The notes under the pieces were generated by a model, which was not told the origin of the DNA, searched no databases, and worked only from the letters and a program-made list of their open reading frames with translations. The translations under genes and the position numbers were made by a program. Below, in pieces: positions 51,944-62,147 of a DNA stretch of 64,000 nucleotides (position 1 is its first letter; each line of letters starts with the position of its first letter). Location of the stretch: positions 558,001 to 622,000 of the forward strand of contig AP039689.1 in NCBI GenBank assembly GCA_051599415.1, written 5' to 3'. The stretch comes from Savitreella phatthalungensis. Taxonomy: Eukaryota.

Positions 51944-53119
51944 CTAGCGACGACCTCCATGCGTAAAAGGCGAACTGAGCGGGTTTGTGCCATTACCCGG
52001 ACCAGCCATGACGCCAGCATTGATTTGGCTGTAGGGTGTCGAGGACAATTGTGCGATACTCTGACCAGGGGTCGAGCCTGGTATGGGCAATACTGGTGCT
52101 GAGATGGGCGTAGCCTTAGGGTCGATGAATCCGGGAGCTTCCGCGGTAGCAAGTTCGTTCCTGCCGATGCCGTGAATGCGCTGTGTGAGTTCCTCCGGAA
52201 AGCCTTGAGGGAAGTATTGTCGCCAGACCTCGAAAAAGACGCGGGCAGTCAGTAGCGCATCGCTACCTGCTTGGTGAGCGGCGCCGATCCGTGCGCAATT
52301 GAGGTCATCCGCGATCTCAGTCAAGCCACCCTTGAGAGACTTGACACTGCGAGCTGTGTACTTGATGTCTTGAAAATCCGGGAAGTAAAGCTTCAACAGC
52401 GCAAGGAAGTCGGCCTCGCACGGCGGCAAGGCTTGCTGACTCAGCAATTTCAACAAGTATCCAAAGTCATAGCCACCGTGAAAGGTTAGCCACTTGATGC
52501 CGGGCATCAGAACCAGGCCGGATGTGATGAGGAGTTCCGCGAAAGCTTCGCTCGCAATGCCGTGCTCAGCATGCTTCCCAAAATCGATGCCAGATTCTTT
52601 GAGTAGCTGAATTGAATCGCCTGCGTACATGTCTTCGCGCAAGCTGAAGCTGAAGTTGAACTGCCAAGTACTGACGCCTTCTGGCTGACGGCCTTGTGCG
52701 TCACACAAAGTCATACCGAGCTGGATTACTTTCAAGAGATCAACATTGCACCGCATTACCTGATACCGGTAGTCTGACGCGGATCTGAAATCACCCATCG
52801 GTCTCGCGACGATTCCAGGGAATTCCGTATCCATGGCAACGTAAGGGAAACGATCGACCAGTTCGCGAATGTTGCGCATCTCGGATGCAAGATTATAAGC
52901 CCAGACTTGCCGTATGGGGCTCGTGGGCACGCTCTCGCCGGCAATGCCCACGCCGGTCGACAGACCCATCATGAAGCCTCCGCCTGGTCCGGAGAGGGGA
53001 CCACCAAGCATATTACCCTGGCTGCCAGCGACTGCTGCGCCGCCTGTGCCGGTGTGTAGTAAAGCGTGCTGCGTATGCCGCTGCAAGTTTGCGTGTGTTA
53101 GTTGCGAGTATGTGACCAT
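51944..53119 (-). CDS. CAF1: CCR4-NOT deadenylase subunit Caf1/Pop2 (DEDD intact)
   Basis: IRQVWAYNL, VAMDTEFPGIVARP, CNVDLLKVIQLG, TWQFNF, FHGGYDFGYL, DIKY, HQAGSDALLT. First ATG is at 53119. Confidence 0.96.
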   Translation of the reverse strand: MVTYSQLTHANLQRHTQHALLHTGTGGAAVAGSQGNMLGGPLSGPGGGFMMGLSTGVGIAGESVPTSPIRQVWAYNLASEMRNIRELVDRFPYVAMDTEFPGIVARPMGDFRSASDYRYQVMRCNVDLLKVIQLGMTLCDAQGRQPEGVSTWQFNFSFSLREDMYAGDSIQLLKESGIDFGKHAEHGIASEAFAELLITSGLVLMPGIKWLTFHGGYDFGYLLKLLSQQALPPCEADFLALLKLYFPDFQDIKYTARSVKSLKGGLTEIADDLNCARIGAAHQAGSDALLTARVFFEVWRQYFPQGFPEELTQRIHGIGRNELATAEAPGFIDPKATPISAPVLPIPGSTPGQSIAQLSSTPYSQINAGVMAGPGNGTNPLSSPFTHGGRR

Positions 53120-53168
53120 CAAGGGTCGCTCCAGCCAGCAGTGCCCAATGAGAAAGCTGAGACGCGTG

Positions 53169-53252
53169 CTAGGCCGGATCAGCAATCCTTCAGGTGCTGC
53201 AGCACTTATTTACAGGTGCAGACGAACTCGGATTTTCCTTTTGCTGACTTAC
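53169..53252 (-). other. Probable 84-nt 5'-UTR intron of CAF1
   Basis: GTAAGT donor at 53252, GCTGAT branch-like site, TAG acceptor at 53169. The spliced upstream frame has a stop and no ATG. Confidence 0.55.
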
Positions 53253-54194
53253 GTCGGCGACTTGATGAGCTGGCCGATCGAGCGAGAGCAAGATTCGCGA
53301 TGCTAGCGTGCTCTACTGGACACGACCCAAATCGAACTCAGCTGCAACGCTATGAAGAATCGTGTATGCCTGGCGTGCAATCACCACGTCAAGAGCCGGC
53401 TGTCTTGACTAGTAAACTTACTCCTGCATAGGTCTGTCTGGGTGAGAGTGCTGGTGCCAATGGACGTGGAATCAGAATTGATCGAGTAACTTGTGCATTC
53501 AGAGAGATACAAGATTCCACTGGGAACAAACTCAAGTGAGTGAATTGAACGATTGCATGCATATAGACAGCCAGCATAACGGTATATAATTTACATACAG
53601 TACGTGTGTAGAATGCTGGTTTGTTCGAATTCGGCTTCACCTATCAGCATGCATGCATATCTATTAATTAATTCCTATAAGCTTGCCAGGGATATATTTA
53701 CAGTGTCTATATATATTCTGATTCCTAATTCTGCATCTGAATCGATCAAGGTCAAGATCAATATTTTATATATACTGCATGATGTATACGCAGCGAAGCC
53801 ATATTTAGATCGATTATATATTGATAAGTTTTCACACATTTCTCTATACAATCAAATTAATCATTTAGTAGAAGTCTTTTACCTCCATAATATCATGAAT
53901 TGCATGATCCTCTCTCCAACTCTAGTTATAGCTTGGGCTCTAAAATCACGTCTTGCATTGACCACGATTCCTGACAGTGAGAGAGAGTAGAGACCATCGT
54001 CTGCAAGGTTCAACTCATCACTCGAGCACTCTCTGGCTGAGATCTCATCGCGGTGATCACTTAGTAGTCGGTAGAAGAGCCAGCAAGCTCAAGCAGCGAC
54101 TCAGACTGTTCAGACTGTATCGTCTCATCGGACGCCCTACTTGAGGCTCGCCTACAAGCGCCAAACAGCTCGACCGCTAATCGTTGCAACAAGC

Positions 54195-54511
54195 ATGGCC
54201 CCACCTACCAAAGACCCATGGGCTCGCAGGTGAGTTAAACTCTACGTTTGACAGACTGATGTGCTCTGTGGCTGAGCTCTCGATCCATCGCCCGGCCGCC
54301 TGACCATCGATCAATCACCACTCACACCTTTTTGGATTCGATACTGACTCAGATCTACAGGGAAGCATGGCGCTACCAAGGTCCGTTCAGCCCGCGTGCA
54401 CGCTTCATGAGCGCTTTCCCCGGCCTCGGCCTCGGCGTCGGTGCATTCGTTGTCTACCTGATCGCAGAAAAGATCTTCGAGTCCAAGGACGGTGACAAAG
54501 CTCATCACTGA
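54195..54511 (+). CDS. NDUFB3: NADH:ubiquinone oxidoreductase B12 subunit; 2 exons (54195-54229, 54361-54511), 61 aa; not in ORF track
   Basis: Spliced product MAPPTKDPWARREAWRYQGPFSPRARFMSAFPGLGLGVGAFVVYLIAEKIFESKDGDKAHH. Intron is GTGAGT..TACTGAC..TACAG (131 nt). Confidence 0.93.
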
Positions 54512-54654
54512 GAAGTCACACCGACTTCCTCCTTGCCAGCTACCAATGCAGGATTAGCATCGGTGCACAGGGATTCGGAAGACAAATATCACGATCATTA
54601 TCATCATCGTCATTGTCGTAGCTACCATCAGCCGCGATCTGCGGCATCAACGAG

Positions 54655-55488
54655 TTAATCATGTACAGATTCGTTCTGTGTTCCGGCCGAGCGCCGTCTC
54701 CATGGGGGCAGGCTGCTGCGCCGACCAGCATCATGTTTTCTGTTGAATTCTTGCTGCGGCGCCCTTATCCCGTGTCGTCTGGCTTGAAGTCCTTCGAAGC
54801 GTCTTTGTCGATCTTGCAACGGTTCGATCTCGATGGATGTCGTGTTCCCTCGTCTGCCGTCGTTCTGCAGTTCACATGCCACTGCCTCTGTCTCCCTTCG
54901 TAACCCTTGCAGAATCAAGTCCTTCTTTGCAAGGTCAGGCTTGAATCGCTGCATATGATCGCCACGGATAACCTGTTCCGGCTGTGGCAGTTCCAAGTCT
55001 TCTTCTGGCCGCGCATAATGCATTCTGTGCGAAGTCCTTATCGTTCTCGATCGACCGAATTCGTCAATGACTTCGATGAAGGGATCTTCCTTCACGCCAA
55101 GCTCGTCATCACTCGCCTTTTCGTGAGGATCAAAGTGGCCATCTGCGAATTTACGGTCAAAATCGACGAGGAGCATATTGGCTTGTTGGGCCGTCAGCAT
55201 CATATCGCTCCCATGTTTGTGCATGTTGTTGTACAGACGAGCCTTGCGCTGCAGTGACTTGCGAATTAGTGCATCCTCTTCAGCAGATATAGCCCACTTG
55301 CTTGCAAGACCTGTCGAGGACTTCACATCGCTGTCTGATCGCCGTAAGTTCGCATTCCACGTGTCTTTTCTCTTCCTCTTTCGAGCGTTCTCGGGCTTAT
55401 CGACAGGACCCAGCCCTTGCCGTAGCCTCTCCTTCTCGTTCTCATAATCTTTTTTGGATTGAGCAACGAGGTCTGCGAGGCTCGACAT
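54655..55488 (-). CDS. CCDC174/DUF4078-like coiled-coil protein
   Basis: RKSLQRKARLY, LLVDFDRK and IEVIDEFGRSRTIR motifs. ATG at 55488; the C-terminus looks divergent. Confidence 0.7.
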   Translation of the reverse strand: MSSLADLVAQSKKDYENEKERLRQGLGPVDKPENARKRKRKDTWNANLRRSDSDVKSSTGLASKWAISAEEDALIRKSLQRKARLYNNMHKHGSDMMLTAQQANMLLVDFDRKFADGHFDPHEKASDDELGVKEDPFIEVIDEFGRSRTIRTSHRMHYARPEEDLELPQPEQVIRGDHMQRFKPDLAKKDLILQGLRRETEAVACELQNDGRRGNTTSIEIEPLQDRQRRFEGLQARRHGIRAPQQEFNRKHDAGRRSSLPPWRRRSAGTQNESVHD

Positions 55489-56040
55489 GATCAAGGGAAA
55501 GCCAGTCTGTGATTGCTCCCTCAATGCGTCTCAATGGCAGACTTGGCTGCACCGCGCATCCACAGCGTACTATGTGCATGGAATCATGTTCCGTGGACTG
55601 CTTGAGACCTGATTATCTAGCTTTGTCAACGATCGTGGACTGATGTCACTCGCTGCTCAGTGACATGTATCAACTGGACTCCACACTGCACCAGATCTAC
55701 GGACGATTAATCAAACGAGTAGTTTGATCACGAGTTCGATTGCGCATGATCAAGCGCCAGTCGAATGCATCATCAAAACAAGATCTTCATTTACAGACAC
55801 TTTCAAAGTCTTATCGGGACCATAGATGTCAGTAGGCCGTGCAATCCGGTGAGCGACAATCATTACCACGAACAATCCTCATCAAGACGGTTTCAGTCCT
55901 CAGAACGCTTCAGCGTTGCCTCGAGGCTACCTAGCCCTGATCATTGCCATATTGGCGTAAAACATACGCACACTATCACAATTGCACAGCTGCAGGGATT
56001 CATGGAGGTCTGATTCTTCTACAAGCGCTTCCTTCACGCC

Positions 56041-56892
56041 ATGTCTTGGGTCGGCACGGCTGCACATTGGCTCTTTTCCATTTTCCTCGTCACTTCACCT
56101 CTGACATCGTACCTCGACACGGCTTTAAGCATTCGGAGACGGCGAAGTGCTGCTGGTTTCAGCGTCGATGTTTGCGGAATCATGCTTGTAGCGTCGATGC
56201 TGCGCGTCAACTTTTGGATCGGCGATAGGTACAATGTCGCACTGCTGCTGCAGTCGATAGTCATGCTCGGCGTGCAGTGTTATTTGCTTGATGCTTGTCT
56301 AACATATCGCGCGGGTGGTCCATCTTCCGGTTACCTCGACGTAAGCGTCAGCAAAAGACCTTGGCAACTGTGGCAGTGGGATGATGCTCGAACCTACTGG
56401 CGCTTCCTCGCGCAATTTCTTGCTGCTCTGTGCATCTTGCAAGTCCTTCTTGGGGTACATCCGTTCTATGTTACCCTTCTCGGTATGGTAGGCCTGACGA
56501 TCGAGGCTACATTACCCATTCCACAATTTTTGCAGAATATGCGCACGAGATCCGTTGATGGCGTCCGACTCACAATGATCGGCTCGTGGGTGTTTGGCGA
56601 CATCTCCAAGCTCTTCTTTTTCTACCTCGGCAGCAGTACGGTCTCTTGGCAGTTCAAAGCCTGCGCGTTCGTGCAGATGTGTTTTGACTTTGCAATCGCC
56701 ACACAGTTCTATCTTTGGCACGATAAGCCATCGGCAGACGTTCATCTGGGAGGCACTGGTCAAGATTACGGCGAGATAAGACTGGGCCTGGCAAGGACAA
56801 CAAGCTCAGCGAGTTCAGGAGGAGGCAGGAGTGCTGAAGACGAGCTTCGCGCGCAGCAGCCTCGGGGAGCACCCACATTGCTACCCTTATGA
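56041..56892 (+). CDS. PQ-loop membrane protein (Any1/PQLC1-like)
   Basis: GFSVDVCGIMLVASMLRV, LLLQS, RPWQLWQW, GLTIEATLPIPQ, SWVFGD..K, QFKAC. Confidence 0.9.
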   Translation: MSWVGTAAHWLFSIFLVTSPLTSYLDTALSIRRRRSAAGFSVDVCGIMLVASMLRVNFWIGDRYNVALLLQSIVMLGVQCYLLDACLTYRAGGPSSGYLDVSVSKRPWQLWQWDDARTYWRFLAQFLAALCILQVLLGVHPFYVTLLGMVGLTIEATLPIPQFLQNMRTRSVDGVRLTMIGSWVFGDISKLFFFYLGSSTVSWQFKACAFVQMCFDFAIATQFYLWHDKPSADVHLGGTGQDYGEIRLGLARTTSSASSGGGRSAEDELRAQQPRGAPTLLPL

Positions 56893-57612
56893 GATGATTT
56901 TATGGTCCAGCATCAGCATGAACGACTCTGCATTTCATGAAAGACGATGGTTGAGAGAATCAAGCACGACGCATAGCCGGAACATAGCGAATACATAGCT
57001 GATGAGCAATTTTTCGAGAAGAGTGGTTGAGATTCAAGCCGTCTACTACATGCTAGAGCCTGTCTATGCAGCACGATCGCAGTATGCGCCCTTCAGACAA
57101 AAGACTTGCAGTGCAGTTTCAATAACTATGTTGCCGCCACATCGAGTGCTTTTCAGCTCATTGGTAACTTACGAGCACTCGATATCGCCCGGCAGATGTG
57201 AAATAGACTTGGCACCCATTTCAATCTCGTGCTAAAGCTTTACTTGCTGACTCGAGGATTCGGCTGGTTGCTTTATGTCTCTGAACTCTGCGACGTTTGG
57301 CTGACAGCGACCAATGTTCCGCGGGAGCGTGGACGAGAATTTGGCATGCATTACCAACATTTCAGTTTGCCAAATTAAGAATACAGTGGAGCACAGCGCC
57401 GCGCATTACGTGCGTAACGGTACGCGCAAGCATATTCGGAACACTTCTTGACGTATACCTACTGGCAATTGAGCGTGTCATCACCCAGTATTAGTGAGTC
57501 CGAGGTTTACCAATTCCACCGAGTAGCAGAGTAGACAGCCAAGTCCAAAAGGAGCTTAGATTATCAGCAGAGCCTCCTTCTTATCCAGCCGTCCCAACCC
57601 GCTGTCTATCCA

Positions 57613-58455
57613 ATGTCTTACGACCGCGCTCTTTCGGTCTTCTCCCCGGACGGTCGACTACTTCAGGTCGAATATGGTAACGAGGCTGTCAAAAGAGGCA
57701 CAACAGCAGTGGGTATCCGTGGCGGTGACGTCTGTATCCTCGCATGCGAGCGAAAGACCTTGCTCAAGCTTCAGGACAATCGTGCGACCCAGAAGATTTG
57801 TCACCTAGACGACCACGTATCACTCGCATTTGCAGGCTTGAATGCTGACGCCCGCGTCCTTGTAGACAAGGCCCGCGTCGAGGCACAGTCACATCGACTT
57901 ACGGTGGAAGATCCTGTAACGATCGAATATATCTCTCGCCACGTCGCTGGCATTCAGCAGAAATACACACAGTCAGGTGGTGTTCGACCGTTCGGCATCG
58001 CCACCCTGATCTGTGGCTTCGACCCTGCTGACAGCACTCCGCGACTCTACATGACGGAGCCCGCGGGCATCTATAGCGCATGGCGGGCAAATGCGATCGG
58101 CAAGTCGTCAAAGACAGTGCGCGAGTATCTCGAGCGTCACTGGACACAGGACTTATCACGCGACGACGCCATCAAGCTCGCCGTTCAGGCTCTACTGGAG
58201 GTCGTCCAGACCGGAGCCAAGAATATTGAAGTCTGCGTGCTCGCCAAGAACAAGAGGCAAGAAACGCTCAAGGACGAGGAAGTAGAGCTGGTGGTCAAGC
58301 AGATTGCTGATGAAAAGGAGGCAGAGGCACAGCGTAAACGCGATAGGCAGCAGGCCGCACAGGCTCAGTCTACAAGCGGGTTGAGCGCCTCGTCAGGTAC
58401 AGCGCAAGCCGGAACTTCTGCAGAAGCCTCTACTCGTGGCACCGGTAGTGATTAG
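57613..58455 (+). CDS. PRE6: 20S proteasome subunit alpha 4
   Basis: [68 protein letters not shown]. Confidence 0.97.
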   Translation: MSYDRALSVFSPDGRLLQVEYGNEAVKRGTTAVGIRGGDVCILACERKTLLKLQDNRATQKICHLDDHVSLAFAGLNADARVLVDKARVEAQSHRLTVEDPVTIEYISRHVAGIQQKYTQSGGVRPFGIATLICGFDPADSTPRLYMTEPAGIYSAWRANAIGKSSKTVREYLERHWTQDLSRDDAIKLAVQALLEVVQTGAKNIEVCVLAKNKRQETLKDEEVELVVKQIADEKEAEAQRKRDRQQAAQAQSTSGLSASSGTAQAGTSAEASTRGTGSD

Positions 58456-58568
58456 ATTTACTGGTAATCAATGATCAATCTTCAGCTAGCTAGCGTACTG
58501 GACGCGATCACGTACCATTTCATCGATGTTTTTGATACGCGCGTTCGAGATGATGTCGCTCAGCTGGC

Positions 58569-61469
58569 TCAGGCCACCTGAATGCTCCAGTCTCCAGAGA
58601 CCCGAACCTTTGGCAGACGCACATGATAGACAGCCCTGCCGAGCGGCAAGTCACGAACGTGCTCGAGATCTGCCTGCCAGTGCTTGCCAGCTTGCTCGAC
58701 CGTCACATCCGTCGCCTGCGTTCGTTTGAGGCCCACAAGCACCACCTTCTCGACAAAAACACTGTCGACGTCGTCGGCATACTTTCTTTTTGCCGCGGCC
58801 TGGGAAGAGTCGCCGATGTGCAAGTCTTTCGACAGAAGTTTCCCAGAGGTGAAGGTGAAACGGCGGTGAAGGTACTCTCCCGCTTCGTTGCGGAACGTTT
58901 CGCCATCGTCCATGTACAGCTCACCTTGAGCGAACTGCGCATTGTCGAGGGCAACGACGAGTGTGACTGGGTCACGTCGCATGAGCTCAGCGCTACGACG
59001 TTGACGATCCCTTCTAGTGAAGATATGCCCTCCATGAATGAAGACAGGATTGTGACTCAGCTCGGTTTTGACTGTGTGGGAACCTTTTCCGCGGAGTTCA
59101 TCGTAATCTAAGTACGTGTAATGCGGCTGATCGTCAGCCAAATACAGCTCGATCGACTCCGCGTCCTTTGAAGTCACTGGGTGATGAAGTAGGCCAGAGT
59201 CGCCAATGAAATACTGGCGATCCTCTTTGAAGCCGTCCGTATCGTCAGGAAATTGGATGAAGTGTGGTCGTAGAACCGGCAGGCCCGTTTTACTGGCGGT
59301 ATAGAAAGCGGTGTACCAAGTGGTCAGAAGCGAGTAGCGGAGGACGATTGCATCGCGAATCATGCTTGTGTATGGCTCGCCGATGAGCCATGGTTCACGG
59401 CGCTTTGTGTCGATATGGGCATGGGCTCTGAAGAATGGATAGAATGCACCTGCTTGGTACCAGCGTGTAAGCATGTCGCTCGGGGGATCGTCGAAGAAAC
59501 CGCCGACGTCGGCACCGGAGAACGTCATGCCTGCAAGACCGTTGTTCATGAGTGTCGGACCAGCCGATGCCATATGCTCCCAGGTTCCCATGTTATCTCC
59601 TGTCCAGATAGCTGCGGAGCGATGTGTGCCCGCCCACCAGGAACGTGACAGAATGAAAGGGCGTTTTGGTTCCTTTGGGTCGCGGGCCTTAAGACCTTCA
59701 TATGAGCTCGATACCATCATTGAGCCATACATATTGTGCATGTCGCGATGCTCCCATCCATCAGCGTGAAGAGCATCACGGTGCATTGACACGTCAGGGC
59801 CATCGAAGATTGCTGGCTCGTTCATGTCGTTCCAGACATGCAAATTGGCCAAGGAGCCCTCGAAGTTCTTATGGTCATACTTCGCTGCCCACCAGTCTCG
59901 CGTCGATTGACGAGAGAAGTCTGGCCAGATCGAGAGCCCCGGCCAGCATTGCCCCTCATAAACACCACCATCCGCGTTCTTTATACAGTGATCGCCCGCA
60001 ATGGCTTCTTTGTATAATGAGAAGCCATCCTCCTTCTTGACATGTGGATCAATGATGGCGACGAGTTTGCGCTTCGTCTCCTCAAGTCGACTCATCATTC
60101 TATCAGGATTCGGGAAAAAGTTCTTGTCCCAAGTAAAGTACTTCTTCTTATCGGTGTACTCGATATCGAGCCAGATGACATCGTAGGGAATGTGATACTT
60201 GTCAAAATTGGCAGTAACGTCGAGAACGTCCGTCTCAGACTCATAATTCCATCGGCACTGGTGATGGGCGATGGAGAAGAGCGGCGGTAGGCGAGTATGC
60301 CCGATCAAGCCGCCGTACTGCTTATACAGAGAGCGACTGTCTGGACCAAGGAAGACAAAGACATCGACAAGTCCGCTCTCAGAGATCCAATGCGTTTGCG
60401 TTGACTCCGCCTTTGTGGAGAAGGAGAGCGGATTCTTAGCCACTGATCCGGTCTTCTCGATGTCGATCCACGTCTCCGCGGCATTCATCCAGAACACGCC
60501 GACATCACTGCCCTTCTTGTGGGCCTGCATGAACGGGACTGCACCGTACAGAGCCATCGGTGAGTCATATTCATACTGGAATACATCGGCGTTCCATAGA
60601 CGATAAGGTTGGTCAAACTTGCCCTCGCCGGACCCTTTGGTTTCGCGTAGTGACAAGGGCCCAGTGTGCTCCGGAATACCGTAGACATCAGTATAGCCAA
60701 CGAAGGTGATGTCCAAGGCGATTGATTCTGGTCCTCGTGGTTTTGAGTCTGTCTTACCGTTGAACGTCTCTTCCCACATGCCGTCTTTTTCGTATCCGGG
60801 TGGATAGGCTGCTGCTTCATCCCCGTTACCTGAATCTTCTGGCTTCGCTCGCCAGTGTTCAAGATTGATGAGCCCTCGATCGTTCAGAACAACCTCCGAA
60901 TGTCCATCACGGAGGAACTCGATTTTTACAGGCGAGTGGTTCACAACGACTTGCCACTTCATCTCTGGCCCGAAGGCGATGCTTGTGGTGTCCTTCGTCT
61001 TCGTAGCCTTGGACACGGAAGTGTCTGGAGTGAGGCCGCCAACAATTGTATAGTCCTCTACTTTGTTGTATCGTTGCTTGTTGACCTTTCCATCCTTGCC
61101 TTCTGGCAAGGCTATCTCACCATTGATTCGGCTTTGCTCGTCAATCGTCACCCGGACGACTCCATTCTCCAGGAATTTGAGTGTCATGGGAAACTTGCGG
61201 GTCTCCTGTTTTGCAGCATCGACCGTCTTGATGACGTCGGCTGTTAAAATACCGTCAACCAACTTGATGGTGTCCGGCGGAATGACATATGGAGATGTCC
61301 ACTTACTACCTTGCTCCTCAGCGTACTTCGCAATGGCATGGTTGCGTCTGCAGAAAGATGACTGCTCGCAACGTTTAAAATCCTCCTTCTTAACCATGAC
61401 CACCAATGAGCTGAAGGTCAAGAACAACAGAAGCAGTCGCTGTATAAACGTACGGAAGGAAGCGATCAT
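58569..61469 (-). CDS. ROT2: Glucosidase II alpha subunit (GH31)
   Basis: Signal peptide then VKKEDFKRCEQSSFCRR; WEETF..KTDSKPRGPES, HQCRWNY, IWLDIEY, WNDMNEP, WTGDN, FFRAHAHIDTKRREPW. Confidence 0.97.
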   Translation of the reverse strand: MIASFRTFIQRLLLLFLTFSSLVVMVKKEDFKRCEQSSFCRRNHAIAKYAEEQGSKWTSPYVIPPDTIKLVDGILTADVIKTVDAAKQETRKFPMTLKFLENGVVRVTIDEQSRINGEIALPEGKDGKVNKQRYNKVEDYTIVGGLTPDTSVSKATKTKDTTSIAFGPEMKWQVVVNHSPVKIEFLRDGHSEVVLNDRGLINLEHWRAKPEDSGNGDEAAAYPPGYEKDGMWEETFNGKTDSKPRGPESIALDITFVGYTDVYGIPEHTGPLSLRETKGSGEGKFDQPYRLWNADVFQYEYDSPMALYGAVPFMQAHKKGSDVGVFWMNAAETWIDIEKTGSVAKNPLSFSTKAESTQTHWISESGLVDVFVFLGPDSRSLYKQYGGLIGHTRLPPLFSIAHHQCRWNYESETDVLDVTANFDKYHIPYDVIWLDIEYTDKKKYFTWDKNFFPNPDRMMSRLEETKRKLVAIIDPHVKKEDGFSLYKEAIAGDHCIKNADGGVYEGQCWPGLSIWPDFSRQSTRDWWAAKYDHKNFEGSLANLHVWNDMNEPAIFDGPDVSMHRDALHADGWEHRDMHNMYGSMMVSSSYEGLKARDPKEPKRPFILSRSWWAGTHRSAAIWTGDNMGTWEHMASAGPTLMNNGLAGMTFSGADVGGFFDDPPSDMLTRWYQAGAFYPFFRAHAHIDTKRREPWLIGEPYTSMIRDAIVLRYSLLTTWYTAFYTASKTGLPVLRPHFIQFPDDTDGFKEDRQYFIGDSGLLHHPVTSKDAESIELYLADDQPHYTYLDYDELRGKGSHTVKTELSHNPVFIHGGHIFTRRDRQRRSAELMRRDPVTLVVALDNAQFAQGELYMDDGETFRNEAGEYLHRRFTFTSGKLLSKDLHIGDSSQAAAKRKYADDVDSVFVEKVVLVGLKRTQATDVTVEQAGKHWQADLEHVRDLPLGRAVYHVRLPKVRVSGDWSIQVA

Positions 61470-62147
61470 TGCTGCATTTAAGAATCTCGCAGAGGTTGCT
61501 TGCGGCTTCAGGTCCTCGCGACCTACGTGTCACGATCGGATCGGCTTTTCGAGTTGTAGCTCGTTTGGCCAGTCCTCCGGTGAACCAGTGTGTAAGTGAA
61601 GCTCGTGCTCGCGAACCCGATCCTCCGTATGCATCGATACAGTCATGCAGTATGATCTTGCACGGGTACGCGTGGAGTCCAATCGATCAAACGTGGATAT
61701 ACATATGCATATAATTGAATTTGCTCTTAATTCTGAATTAAAATCTATATACACTCACGCTCAGACGTCTAGCCAAAATTATTATCATGCGACATAATTA
61801 ATACTATCATGAATTAAACACGCAGCTCCAACCACTGGGTGAATACACGTACGCACACAAACGTACGTACACTTGACTTGAGTACAGAATCTTTGACATA
61901 TCTCATTACAATCGATGTAGTGGCGAGTACGATAGCTGATACCAGCATCGCTCATAGAGATGCTATAGAACAGCTTCTTCATCGTCGTACAGCTTACAAT
62001 GGATCACAGCTAGCTGTGAAGCATGTGTGTAGAGAACAATCGTCCCTGATTCAGTCTTGGCAAGGCTTGCGCAGCTGGCATCAAACGCGAGCGTCGTCGA
62101 ATGTGTCAATGTCGAGAGCGAGATATTCAGGTTGGAAATCATCACCG

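Noticed and set aside
54230..54360. snoRNA in the 131-nt NDUFB3 intron
   Set aside because: No proper box C (only CTGATG), no guide and only weak stems.
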